DNA of 64,000 nt from Treponemataceae bacterium (GCA_963677895.2 CAXXGJ010000018.1:192001-256000); one strand, 5' to 3'. Counted from the first letter of the stretch, positions 32,665 to 42,322 are shown. The notes: generated from the letters alone by a model not told the origin. A program made the numbers and translations.

Positions 32665-34644
32665 ATGGCTTTCGTACAACTAAGCAATGTCAGCGTGGCT
32701 TTCGGGGCGCGCGATCTCATAAAATCGGCGACGCTCACTCTCATGGAAGGCTCCAGGGCTGCCCTGGCGGGGCCGAACGGTGCGGGCAAGTCCACGCTCA
32801 TGAAGATCGCCGTAGGTCAGTTCAAACCCGATACGGGCGACATAGCCATAACCAAGGGCGCGAGGATCAGCTATCTGCCCCAGACCAACGTCACGCTCGG
32901 CCGCGGCAGCGTGCTCGAGGAAGCAGAATTGGCTTTCTCCCACATCGCCGAGATGATGAAACGCCAGGAAGAGCTGGGGCGGCAGCTTCAGGCCAAGGAT
33001 CTCGACGAAAGGCTGACGAGCCGACTCCTCGAGGAGTTCGACGACATCGGACGGGCGGTCGAATCCAGCGGCTACTTCCGGCGGGCGGAGCGCATCGCCG
33101 AAGTTCTCCGCGGTCTGGGATTTGCCGACAAGGATTTCGGGAAGATGACGACGGAGCTCTCGGGCGGCTGGCAGATGCGGCTCGCCCTCTCCAAGGTGCT
33201 TCTCGAGGATCCCGATATAATGCTTCTCGACGAGCCGACGAACTATCTCGACCTCGAAGCCCGCACCTGGCTCGAAGGTTTCCTGCGCGCCTACAGGGGC
33301 GGCGTCCTCCTCGTCTCGCACGACCGTTATTTCCTCGATGTTACCGTCAACGAGGTCTATGAACTTTTCAACGGCAAACTCAGCCGATATCCTGGTACCT
33401 TCTCGGGTTACGAGGACCGACGCGCCAAGGAGCTCGACGCCATTTTCGAGCAATGGGAACGCCAACAGGAAGAAATCCAGAAGCTGGAGGACTTCATCCG
33501 CCGGTTCAGGTACAAGGCGACCAAGGCCACTCAGGTACAGAGCCGCATCAAGGTGCTGGAGAAGATCGTCCCCATCGAGATTCCCGAGGGCATGAAGCAC
33601 ATCCATTTCAAGTTCCCGCAGGCGCCCCATTCGGGCAAGATCGCCGTGCGGCTTGAAAACATCGGCAAATCCTACGGGGCGCTGCGCGTCATCGACAATT
33701 TTTCCCTGGAGATAGAGCGGGGAAGGAAGATGGCTTTCGTGGGTCCGAACGGAGCGGGCAAATCGACGCTCATGCGACTTCTGGCCGGCACCGACAAGGA
33801 TTTCGAAGGAAGCATCACTTTAGGCTCAGGCATAGAGATAGGTTATTTCGCCCAGGATTCCGCCGAGAAGATGTCTTCGAACCGCACGGTCGAGGAAGAA
33901 GCCGAGACGGTCTGTCCCAACGAGCTCAACCCCAAATTGAGGAATATGCTGGGAGCCTTCCTTTTTCGCGGCGACGACGTGGAAAAGTCGGTGTCCGTGC
34001 TTTCGGGCGGCGAGCGTTCGCGCCTCGCGCTTCTGAAGATGCTGCTCCATCCGGCCAATCTCCTCATCCTCGACGAGCCGACCAATCACCTGGACCTCAC
34101 GTCCAAGGATGTCCTTCTCGAGGCGCTGAGGTCTTTCGAGGGCACCGTGCTCTTTGTCTCGCACGATCGCGGTTTCATAGCCGATCTTGCCGATATGGTG
34201 CTCGAACTCGAGGCGGGCACCACGCCGCGCCTTTACTACGGCGATTACGCCTACTACCTCGAGAAGAAAGCGGCCCTGGCAGCGGCCGCCGCCGACGCCG
34301 CCCAGGACCCTTACGGCCCCGCCCGAAACGCGGCGGCCGCCGTCGCCGCCGCGGCTCCAGTACCAGCCATTTCGGCCCAAGAGCCGCCCTCCTGGGAAGA
34401 AGAGAAGAGCAGGAAAGCGCGTTACCGCAAGCTGATGAAGAGGGAAGAGGAACTCCTGGCGAGACTCGAGACCGTTTCGGAGGAAAAGAAGAAACTCGAG
34501 AACGCCATGGCCCAGCCCCTCAATTATTCGGATGGCGCCAAGGTAAAAAAAATCCTCGCTTCCATCGCCGATTTCGAAACCGAAGCTTCGGCGCTGAACG
34601 AGGAATGGATCGAAATCGCCGACGAGCTGTCGGCCTTCGAATAA
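32665..34644 (+). CDS. ABC-F family ATP-binding protein
   Basis: Two NBDs (GPNGAGKST x2, LSGGW/LSGGE, DEPTN x2), no TM, C-terminal coiled coil. Confidence 0.92.
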   Translation: MAFVQLSNVSVAFGARDLIKSATLTLMEGSRAALAGPNGAGKSTLMKIAVGQFKPDTGDIAITKGARISYLPQTNVTLGRGSVLEEAELAFSHIAEMMKRQEELGRQLQAKDLDERLTSRLLEEFDDIGRAVESSGYFRRAERIAEVLRGLGFADKDFGKMTTELSGGWQMRLALSKVLLEDPDIMLLDEPTNYLDLEARTWLEGFLRAYRGGVLLVSHDRYFLDVTVNEVYELFNGKLSRYPGTFSGYEDRRAKELDAIFEQWERQQEEIQKLEDFIRRFRYKATKATQVQSRIKVLEKIVPIEIPEGMKHIHFKFPQAPHSGKIAVRLENIGKSYGALRVIDNFSLEIERGRKMAFVGPNGAGKSTLMRLLAGTDKDFEGSITLGSGIEIGYFAQDSAEKMSSNRTVEEEAETVCPNELNPKLRNMLGAFLFRGDDVEKSVSVLSGGERSRLALLKMLLHPANLLILDEPTNHLDLTSKDVLLEALRSFEGTVLFVSHDRGFIADLADMVLELEAGTTPRLYYGDYAYYLEKKAALAAAAADAAQDPYGPARNAAAAVAAAAPVPAISAQEPPSWEEEKSRKARYRKLMKREEELLARLETVSEEKKKLENAMAQPLNYSDGAKVKKILASIADFETEASALNEEWIEIADELSAFE

Positions 34645-34648
34645 GTCG

Positions 34649-35128
34649 CTACTTCGCCGGCGCTGGCGCCGCCACCGTAGTCGCGGTAGTTGCCGCAGTC
34701 TTATCGATAGGCAGCTTGGCCATCACCTTTTCGGCGAGGATTTTCCAGGTCTGGGGCAGGGAAATCCCTTCAGGGGTCGCGTATTTATCCAAGACAGCCC
34801 TGAGCCCCACTTTGGCGGCCTCATAATGACCCTGTTTGTATTCGATGAACGCCAGTTCGTACATGGCGGAAACGACGAGAGCCTGGTCGTCTGGGAACTT
34901 TTCGAGCAGGGCTTTATAGTAATACTGGGCGCCCTTCCAGTCGTAGATATCGGAGCGTTCCTGCGCCTTCTGGATAATCTCGGCCGAGCTGATGTCGGCG
35001 GGGATGGGGGGAAGCTTCGTGGCGCAGGATAAAGACAGAAGCGCCGCGAGCAGCACAATCGCCGTTATGGCGGGCATCGCGCGGAAATCTCTCGCGCCGC
35101 GTTTATATACGTTGAATTTGCTTTGCAT
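34649..35128 (-). CDS. TPR-like lipoprotein
   Basis: Lipobox LSLSC; AMYELAFIEYKQG helical repeat; start may be downstream of 35128. Confidence 0.65.
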   Translation of the reverse strand: MQSKFNVYKRGARDFRAMPAITAIVLLAALLSLSCATKLPPIPADISSAEIIQKAQERSDIYDWKGAQYYYKALLEKFPDDQALVVSAMYELAFIEYKQGHYEAAKVGLRAVLDKYATPEGISLPQTWKILAEKVMAKLPIDKTAATTATTVAAPAPAK

Positions 35129-35218
35129 AGGCTCCCCTTAGGCATTTCGATTATGCTATACTTCCGCGACCAGGGTCAATCATAGAAGCTTATCCTCCGA
35201 CCACTGTGGAAGGTTACA

Positions 35219-35917
35219 ATGTTAGCTGCCGTCATCAATGCCCTTGCCGTCGTAATTGGCTCCATCATCGGACTCATCCTGCGCAAAGGCATCAAGGAAC
35301 GTTATCAGCAAATCATCTTCGCCGCCTCCGGCGTCACGTCCCTCACCATCGGCATCCAGATGGTGCTCAAGACCAATCATCTTCTCGCTTTCGCCATCGC
35401 CCTTATCCTGGGCGGCCTCATCGGCACATGGCTCAATATCGAAGGCGCCATAATGGGTTTTGGCGAGCGGCTCAAGAAGCGTTTCGACAAAAAATCAGAA
35501 GGCTCCACCTTCGCCCTGGGCTTTCTCAACGCGTCCATTCTCTATTGCGCGGGCGCGATGGCCATCATCGGATCATTCAAGGCCGGCACCGAAGGCGACT
35601 ATTCAATCATTCTAACAAAGAGCGTGCTGGATGGTTTCATGTCCATCATCTTCGCCGGCGCGATGGGGCCTGGAGTCGCCTTTTCCGCCCTATCCATCCT
35701 TGTCTATCAGGGAATTCTCACCATCGTTTCGGTTTGGGTAAAGCCCTTTGTCACCGAAATAATGCTCGCCGAAATCACCGGCATCGGGGGAGCCCTCGTT
35801 CTTATGATAGGCCTTGGCCTTCTTGACATAAAGAAACTCAAGACGGGGGACTTTCTCCCCGCTCTCGCCGTTACCGTACTTCTCGTCCTTGCCTTTCCCT
35901 ATGTCCCCTTCTTATAA
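35219..35917 (+). CDS. DUF554 family membrane protein
   Basis: IN..AV..GS..G, LYCAGAMAIIGS, KSVLDG, YQG..T. Confidence 0.85.
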   Translation: MLAAVINALAVVIGSIIGLILRKGIKERYQQIIFAASGVTSLTIGIQMVLKTNHLLAFAIALILGGLIGTWLNIEGAIMGFGERLKKRFDKKSEGSTFALGFLNASILYCAGAMAIIGSFKAGTEGDYSIILTKSVLDGFMSIIFAGAMGPGVAFSALSILVYQGILTIVSVWVKPFVTEIMLAEITGIGGALVLMIGLGLLDIKKLKTGDFLPALAVTVLLVLAFPYVPFL

Positions 35918-35923
35918 TTGAGC

Positions 35924-37264
35924 ATGGTTATCGACAAGAGCCAGCGCTTCATCCACACGAAGCAGGTCGATGAGTCGGGGGCATGGTATAGCCTAGACAA
36001 CGCCGGCATCATAATGCCCGCCGTCACCGACGCGATATCCTCGGGGCTCTTCAGGATAGAAGTCACGCTTGCCGAACCCGTCGACGAAATCATCCTCAAT
36101 CGCGCGCTGGCCGATACTTCCAACCGCTTCCCTTATTTCAACGTCGTCCTGAAACGCGGTTTTTTCTGGTACTATTTCGACCAATGCCAGACAAGCCCCC
36201 AGGCATGCGAAGACGATTCGAGCCCCTGCCAGCACTGCGATACCAACCGTCAGGGCACGCGCATGTTCCGTGTCCGGAGTACCGGATACCGCATAGCGGC
36301 GGAATTTTCCCACAGTCTCACGGATGGTTCCGGCGGCATGTCGTTCATGAAGACGCTGCTCGCCAGATATTTCGCCCTCCTGGGCATAGAACCGGGCGCG
36401 ACCATAGGCGAAGGTGACTATGCCGACATCCTTTCGGTGGAAGATCAGCCGGACCGCGAGGAATACGAGGACGGTTACCAGAAATACTTTCCGGGCAAAC
36501 TGCCTCTGCCCGAGCCCAACCCGCATGCCTGGCATCTTCGCGAACCTCGTCTGCCCGAGGGAAGGTACAGAATCCTGACCGGCCGCCTCAAGCTGGACGA
36601 GGTCCTGGCCGAAGCGAAAAGACGGAACGTGACGATAACGGAGCTTTTGGGCGCCGTCTACCTCGATGCCCTTCAGAGTCTCTGGTTTTCCAAACCCCTA
36701 AAGCCGCGCGAGCACTTCATAAGCGTGGAAATTCCCGTCAACCTCAGGAATTTCTTCAAGACGAAGACGAACAGGAACTTTTCCCTCTTCATCCTGTTGA
36801 GGGAGAATATGCAGCTGGGCGCTCGCGGCTTCGATGAACTGGTCAAAAGGGCGCACTACCAGATGAGGCTCGAAAACGATCCGCGCTCCCTGGCTCGGCA
36901 GATTTCCCGCAACGCCGGGGGTACGCGCAACTTTTTCGTCAGGATTACGCCCCTCTTTGTCAAGAATGTCGCGGCGCGCATACTTTTCGCCAAACTGGGC
37001 GAAAACATGCTGAGCGGCTTCATATCGAATCTTGGACCTCAGCGCATGCCTCCGGGCTTGCTGCCGCATATTGAAAGCTTCACGTTCATTCCAGCTCCGA
37101 GCAAGACCACGCTGACCAACGCGTCGGTCATTTCCTGGAAGGATGAGCTGATTGTGACGTTTGGAAGCCTGTCGCATTCACGCGAGCTGGAAAAGCTCTT
37201 TTTTCGGCGTCTGCGCGGCTTAGGTCTCGCGGTGAGCGTGCGCTGCCGCGACGACAAGGAGTAA
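35924..37264 (+). CDS. Stand-alone condensation-domain / alcohol acetyltransferase-like acyltransferase
   Basis: WYSLDNA, RFPYF, FFWYY, SHSLTDG (HxxxDG), IPVNLR, SNLG. Confidence 0.8.
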   Translation: MVIDKSQRFIHTKQVDESGAWYSLDNAGIIMPAVTDAISSGLFRIEVTLAEPVDEIILNRALADTSNRFPYFNVVLKRGFFWYYFDQCQTSPQACEDDSSPCQHCDTNRQGTRMFRVRSTGYRIAAEFSHSLTDGSGGMSFMKTLLARYFALLGIEPGATIGEGDYADILSVEDQPDREEYEDGYQKYFPGKLPLPEPNPHAWHLREPRLPEGRYRILTGRLKLDEVLAEAKRRNVTITELLGAVYLDALQSLWFSKPLKPREHFISVEIPVNLRNFFKTKTNRNFSLFILLRENMQLGARGFDELVKRAHYQMRLENDPRSLARQISRNAGGTRNFFVRITPLFVKNVAARILFAKLGENMLSGFISNLGPQRMPPGLLPHIESFTFIPAPSKTTLTNASVISWKDELIVTFGSLSHSRELEKLFFRRLRGLGLAVSVRCRDDKE

Positions 37265-37267
37265 ACC

Positions 37268-37999
37268 ATGCCCTATTGTCCAGATTGCGGCGTTGAAATC
37301 GGAAACGCGGCGGTCTGCCCGCTCTGCGGAGCCAGGAATCCGAAGGCTGGCGCCGGCCACGACCCCGAATGCGGCGACAAGACCGACGCTCGCCATTCCG
37401 ACTTCTTTGGCGAGGCGGGAGTCGCGGAGGCCCTCACCCCCAAGGAAAAGCGCAAGATTTCCTGGGAAGTCGTCACGGTGGCTTTTGTCATCGCCAGTCT
37501 CGTAATCACGGCGATCAACATCCTCGTCGTCGGCAGGCTCTCCTGGTCTCTTTATCCCGTATCCTCCTTCCTCTTCATCTGGACAATGGCGACTGCCTTC
37601 CTCGTTCTGGACAGCCGGCCCCGGCTTCGCTATACCCTTGCCGCCTTGGACGCGCCGCTTTTCCTTCTGGCTTTGGGACTTTTCACCAGCGATTTATCCT
37701 GGGCCTGGAAGCTGGCCGTGCCCATCGCTCTTTTCACCGAACTCGTGATCTTCAGCGTCTTTCTCCAGATTAGGAACGCGAAGCGAAAAGGCCTTAACGT
37801 TTTTGCCTTTCTCCTGACTGGGGTGGCCATCGGCTGCGTGGGAATCGAAATCTTCGTCGATCTTTTTGTCGGAGGGCATATCCATCTAGGCTGGTCGGCC
37901 ATCACCGCCATCGCCCTCATCCCCATCGCGGTCTTTTTTCTCTACCTGCATTACCGCGTAGCCAAAACCACAAACCTTCACCGGCTCTTCAAGCTTTAG
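37268..37999 (+). CDS. Zinc-ribbon plus multi-TM protein (DUF6320-like)
   Basis: MPYCPDCGVE...CPLCG followed by about 6 TM helices. Confidence 0.7.
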   Translation: MPYCPDCGVEIGNAAVCPLCGARNPKAGAGHDPECGDKTDARHSDFFGEAGVAEALTPKEKRKISWEVVTVAFVIASLVITAINILVVGRLSWSLYPVSSFLFIWTMATAFLVLDSRPRLRYTLAALDAPLFLLALGLFTSDLSWAWKLAVPIALFTELVIFSVFLQIRNAKRKGLNVFAFLLTGVAIGCVGIEIFVDLFVGGHIHLGWSAITAIALIPIAVFFLYLHYRVAKTTNLHRLFKL

Positions 38000-38074
38000 C
38001 CGGCCGATCCGCTCACCGAAGCGCTCGTTTTTCGGCCTTTTTCCGCCTTTCCTCGCTTGGGTTTTCACCGTCTA

Positions 38075-38103
38075 TTGACATTTTCTGCAGTTTTCTGTAA
38101 AGT
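38075..38103 (+). promoter_or_regulatory. Sigma70-type promoter of the tRNA gene
   Basis: TTGACA (38075-80), 17 bp spacer, TAAAGT (38098-103), just upstream of the tRNA. Confidence 0.7.
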
Positions 38104-38116
38104 ATTGTCAACACGA

Positions 38117-38189
<73 letters not shown>

Positions 38190-38224
38190 AAAAAAAAGAG
38201 GCTTTCTTCGGAAAGCCTCTTTTT
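38190..38224. terminator. Bidirectional Rho-independent terminator between the tRNA and lacI
   Basis: A run-GAGGCTTTC-TTCG-GAAAGCCTC-T run. Confidence 0.85.
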
Positions 38225-38265
38225 CTTATATACCTAACAGCTTTAACATCATCTCATTCGTATCG

Positions 38266-39297
38266 TTACTCTGAAATATTTTTTACCGACGACCGTACGA
38301 TCAGTTCTGGGCTTAAGATGATCTGTCTATGTTCATTGTGGCTGTTTTCTATCTGATCCAGTAGCATTGTCACAGAAAGAAAGCCGGTTTGCTCTTTAGG
38401 CTGCTGCACGGTAGTCAAGGGCGGATTAAGGTATTTTGTGGCGAGGATGTTGTCGTAGCCGACAACGCTGTATTTTCCCGGGATGCTGAATCCGTGCTGC
38501 AGCGCGGATTCGTATACGCCGATGGCGATGACGTCGCTAAGGGAAAGGATGGCGCTGAAATCGTCGCGCCCGATCTTGTCCTTTCCCGAGTAGATCGCAT
38601 CGAGCTGTTCGCAGGTGTTATCAACGGTTATCAGGTTATTCTTGATCATCTGTTCGCGGACCGGGAGGCCATTCTCGGCCAGCGTTTTCACATAGCCATT
38701 TCTGAAATCCTGCGAGGAAGGTAGCTCCGAAGGACCGTTCAGCAGCAAAATGTCTCGATGGCCGTTTCGGATCAGGTATTCCGTGGCTAGCCGGGCGGCT
38801 TCCTCGTGATCGACGTAGACGCAGTTGTAGTTGTCGCTCAGTGGACGGTTGTCTATGAAAACCGTCTTGACGTCGTCTTCCAAAAGTAAACGCATGTTGT
38901 CCGAATTTTTGCTCACGGGAGAGATGATGATCCCCTCGACTCCTTGGGAAATCATGGTCGATATATTGTTCATTTCAAGTTTTTCATCGTAGCTGGAATC
39001 GGATAGAAGCATCGTGTAGCCCTTTTTATTGAGCACGCTGCCGACCGCCTTGAAGATTTCCAGGTAAAAGGGGCTCTGGAGATCGTTCAGGATCATGCCG
39101 ATGAATTTCGTCTTCCTGTTCCGGAGTCCTTTCGCGAGCATGTTGGGTCTGTAGTTGTATCGCTTGGCGATGGATTGGATCTTCTCCCTGGTCTTTTCAT
39201 TGATGACGGGATCGTCGTGCAGGGCTTTCGCCACCGTGGAGAATGACATGTTCGCCTGTTCGGCGATGAACTTAATCGTGATGCTCTTTGGCTTCAT
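38266..39297 (-). CDS. LacI-family transcriptional regulator
   Basis: ITIKFIAEQANMSFSTVAKAL HTH, YRPN..AKGL hinge, VVGYDN, PPLTTV. Confidence 0.93.
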   Translation of the reverse strand: MKPKSITIKFIAEQANMSFSTVAKALHDDPVINEKTREKIQSIAKRYNYRPNMLAKGLRNRKTKFIGMILNDLQSPFYLEIFKAVGSVLNKKGYTMLLSDSSYDEKLEMNNISTMISQGVEGIIISPVSKNSDNMRLLLEDDVKTVFIDNRPLSDNYNCVYVDHEEAARLATEYLIRNGHRDILLLNGPSELPSSQDFRNGYVKTLAENGLPVREQMIKNNLITVDNTCEQLDAIYSGKDKIGRDDFSAILSLSDVIAIGVYESALQHGFSIPGKYSVVGYDNILATKYLNPPLTTVQQPKEQTGFLSVTMLLDQIENSHNEHRQIILSPELIVRSSVKNISE

Positions 39298-39326
39298 AGG
39301 CTTCCAAGGATAAAATTTATAAAATA

Positions 39327-39355
39327 AGTTTAAAGAGGCCTTACAACGTTGTCAA
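39327..39355 (-). promoter_or_regulatory. lacI promoter overlapped by operator TTACAACGTTGTCA
   Basis: Minus strand TTGACA (39355-50), 17 bp, TAAACT (39332-27); near-perfect palindrome at 39341-39354. Confidence 0.7.
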
Positions 39356-39448
39356 TCCTTGGATGAAAATGCGCTGCCATTTGCTAAAATCCTGTAAAAA
39401 GACAAGAAGCTCGTGTATTTAGGCCGGTAAAAATAGTTGAAAAAAAAC

Positions 39449-39476
39449 TTGACAGGCCTATGACGCGATGTATAAT
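39449..39476 (+). promoter_or_regulatory. Consensus sigma70 promoter of the catabolic operon
   Basis: TTGACA (39449-54), 16 bp, TATAAT (39471-76). Confidence 0.8.
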
Positions 39477-39482
39477 GAAACC

Positions 39483-39559
39483 GAATTACAACGATGTAAA
39501 AGCATATAACTGAATTACAACGATGTAAAAGCATATAACTGAATTACAACGTTGTAAAA
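39483..39559 (+). repeat. 29-bp tandem repeat (2 full copies + 1 partial), each carrying a LacI-type operator
   Basis: GAATTACAACGATGTAAAAGCATATAACT at 39483 and 39512; GAATTACAACGTTGTAAAA at 39541. Confidence 0.92.
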
Positions 39560-39617
39560 TCTTGAGTTCGACAGCGATAGCGCGCGATGGTTTGAAACAT
39601 GGGAAAGGGGGAATCTG

Positions 39618-40793
39618 ATGTCATATTTTGATTTAGGGGAAACGAAATCGAGGCTTGGGAAAGTCCGAAATATCCTCCGCGAGAAGCACCTGGACGCGGC
39701 GCTCATCTATTATGACGAGCTCAATATTGCCAATGGCTGGTACCTTACCGGCTGGTGTCCGCAGTTTGAGAAGGGTTGCGTATTGCTTCCGCTGAATGGC
39801 GACCCCCTCCTTCTCGGCGGGCCGGAAAGCGAGCCTTTCGCGAAGATGAGCAGCGCGATTGTGGAAACGAGGAATTTTCCGCCCTTCATGGTGCCGGATG
39901 AAGAATATCCGAACGCTACGATCAGCACTTTTGAGATGCTCGCGGCCGAGCTCGTGGGAAAGAATCTTCCGATGAGGACGATTGGCGTCGTCGGCACGGC
40001 ATCGTTGCCGCATAATGTCTACCAGCAGTTCGAGGCGGGGTTTTCTGGCATCCAGCTCGTGGACATCACCGACGACTACGAGCGGCTACGCGCGTTCAAA
40101 TCCCCCTGGGAGATACGCAATATCAGGTCTTCATTTGGGCTTACGTACAAGGCCTACGAAGCCATGAAACAAAAGATCGCTCCCGGCGTCATCGAATATG
40201 AAGTCGCCGCGGAAGGGGAGTATGTCTGCCGTAAGGCCGGTGCCAACAACTTCGCGTTCTCGTGCATCGTAGGAAGCGGCGAGAGGGCCAAGGCCGTCGT
40301 CCCTACCGCGCTCAACAAAGAGATGAAGGATGGGGAACTCGTCATGGTCGGCATCGCGCCCAGAACCAATGGGTACGCGGGGGTGATTGGCGACACGCTG
40401 CCTGTGAACGGGGTCTACACGAAACGGCAAAAAGAATGCGTGAATCACCTTCGCGAGGCGTTCAGGCTCACCAGGGCGATGCTGAAGCCTGGAATGAAGG
40501 GCCGCGAGATAGATCTGCCCGCCAGGAAATATTTTATCGACCATGACCTCATCAAATATCTCGTCTGTCCCTTCGCGCACACGATTGGGCTCATGGAAGC
40601 GGAAGCGCCATTCTTCGGCCCCAACAGCGATGACGCGCTCCTTCCTGGCATGACGGTGTGCGTGGATGTGAGTTTCTTCGGGCATCCAGAATTCCACGGC
40701 GCGAGGATAGAGACGGGCTATGAAATTACCGAGACCGGCTGCGAGCCATTGTGCCCTGAGATGGATGCTTTCTTGTCCAAAGATGTCGAATGA
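39618..40793 (+). CDS. M24 (pita-bread) fold hydrolase, creatinase/Xaa-Pro peptidase family
   Basis: Creatinase-like N-domain, RAFKSPWE, IVGSGER, HTIGL, GARIE; the two Asp metal ligands appear replaced. Confidence 0.82.
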   Translation: MSYFDLGETKSRLGKVRNILREKHLDAALIYYDELNIANGWYLTGWCPQFEKGCVLLPLNGDPLLLGGPESEPFAKMSSAIVETRNFPPFMVPDEEYPNATISTFEMLAAELVGKNLPMRTIGVVGTASLPHNVYQQFEAGFSGIQLVDITDDYERLRAFKSPWEIRNIRSSFGLTYKAYEAMKQKIAPGVIEYEVAAEGEYVCRKAGANNFAFSCIVGSGERAKAVVPTALNKEMKDGELVMVGIAPRTNGYAGVIGDTLPVNGVYTKRQKECVNHLREAFRLTRAMLKPGMKGREIDLPARKYFIDHDLIKYLVCPFAHTIGLMEAEAPFFGPNSDDALLPGMTVCVDVSFFGHPEFHGARIETGYEITETGCEPLCPEMDAFLSKDVE

Positions 40794-40804
40794 GGAGTGG
40801 AGCG

Positions 40805-41170
40805 ATGACAATAGGAAAGAAAGTCTGGGTTTTCGCCGATGGAGATCTCCCGCCGCACCCCATTGGCACCGAGGATCCCAAGGCGCATGAAGCGCTCATG
40901 GTCGTGAACAACAATGAAAGGCAGGCGAACCTTTCGATCACGCTGCTATTTGAAAATGCCGAGCCAAAACAGGGATTGAGTCTGACGGTTCCCCCAAAGA
41001 GGGTGAACTGTTTCAGGATGGATCTTCCTATATGGGGCGGGGATTATGTCATTCCCTTCGGCCAATATGCGGTAATCGTGGAAAGCGATGTCCCGGTAGT
41101 CGCCGTATTCGGGCGGCTCGATCGCAGGGAGAACATGGCTTATTATCCGGTGGCGCCATACGCCCAATAA
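40805..41170 (+). CDS. Sensory rhodopsin transducer (ASRT/ASRAH) family protein
   Basis: IGKKVWVFADG.LP, HEAL.V.N, V...RV...R.D, YA.IVESDVPVVA..GRLD pattern; GGAG RBS. Confidence 0.8.
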   Translation: MTIGKKVWVFADGDLPPHPIGTEDPKAHEALMVVNNNERQANLSITLLFENAEPKQGLSLTVPPKRVNCFRMDLPIWGGDYVIPFGQYAVIVESDVPVVAVFGRLDRRENMAYYPVAPYAQ

Positions 41171-41260
41171 CGTCGGATAGGAGTCCGGTGCCATCTCGGA
41201 TTCCTTTATATAATTTGCCGTGAGTCATTCATGGCATGAGATTCAGGAAGGAGGGACAGG

Positions 41261-42193
41261 ATGAAGAGAGTATTGCTATCGGTTCTGGCATTGGCGATCA
41301 TCGTCGGGTCGGGATTCGCGCAAGGGACGAAGGTTTTGAAAAAAATCATTCTCTCGAACGCGTACTATTCGGCACCCTATTGCGCCGCGTTCAACCCTTC
41401 CGCGATCGCGAAAGCCAAGGAACTCGGGTATGAGCTGCAGATCCTCGATGGTGAAGGGAATCAGCAGAAGCAGCTGGAGCACGCGCGTCTGGCGATCGCC
41501 GAAGCGGCCGGATTTGTCTACTTCCCCGCCGATGTCGCGGGATCTCTGCCCATAGTGGAAGCTTTGGCCAAAGCAAAACTTCCCTACGTAATCGTGAACA
41601 ACTACACGCTCGATGCATTGAAGGCAAACAACGTTCCATGTTATGTGGGGACCAACGTCAAGCAGCACGGCCACAATATGGCGACCTTGATCAAGCAGCT
41701 GCTGCCCAAGGGCGTCGGAAACCTGGTGGCCATCGAGGGAACGGCGGGGCATGCCCAGACCATCGCTTTCAACGAAGCATTCGCCGAAGATTTCGCGGGC
41801 ACGCAGATCAAGTTCCTGGACAAGCAGCCCGCCGATTTCGACGCGGACAAGGCGCTGAACAAGATGAACGATTTTCTCACCAAGTACGGCAACAAAATCG
41901 ATGTCATCGTCTCCCATGACGGCGGAATGCTTGCGGGCATCATCGCGTCGCTTCGCGCCGCGGGCAAGCTCGGAAAGATCCCCATTGTCTGCGCGGGATC
42001 CAACAAGATAATCTATACCGCCATCAAGGCCGGCAATGTCTATGGAACTTCTACCCAGGACCCGGGAGTGGAAGGCGCTCTCGCCGTATCGACGTTGATC
42101 GATATCATCAACGGTAAGAAGCCGCCGCAGTGGGTGGAGCTGCCGATCAAGCCGGCGACGAAAGAAACGATCGACAACTTCAATTGGTTCTGA
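41261..42193 (+). CDS. Sugar ABC transporter substrate-binding protein (RbsB-like)
   Basis: Signal peptide; periplasmic binding protein type I features (AKELGYEL..LDG, IEGTAGH, QDP..EG). Confidence 0.85.
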   Translation: MKRVLLSVLALAIIVGSGFAQGTKVLKKIILSNAYYSAPYCAAFNPSAIAKAKELGYELQILDGEGNQQKQLEHARLAIAEAAGFVYFPADVAGSLPIVEALAKAKLPYVIVNNYTLDALKANNVPCYVGTNVKQHGHNMATLIKQLLPKGVGNLVAIEGTAGHAQTIAFNEAFAEDFAGTQIKFLDKQPADFDADKALNKMNDFLTKYGNKIDVIVSHDGGMLAGIIASLRAAGKLGKIPIVCAGSNKIIYTAIKAGNVYGTSTQDPGVEGALAVSTLIDIINGKKPPQWVELPIKPATKETIDNFNWF

Positions 42194-42322
42194 GCATAGA
42201 CTGAAAAGAGTTTTTATTGAATCGGAGGGAGGGTGCATGTACGTATCCTTCTTCCCTGTTTTCAGCAATAGGCGATTTTAAGCCATACGCCAAATAGCAA
42301 AATCGATGAAGGGGAAGCAGCG

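Noticed and set aside
39483..39559. Possible mini-CRISPR array (29-bp repeats)
   Set aside because: Units are directly adjacent with no unique spacers and there are no cas genes; better explained as operator duplication
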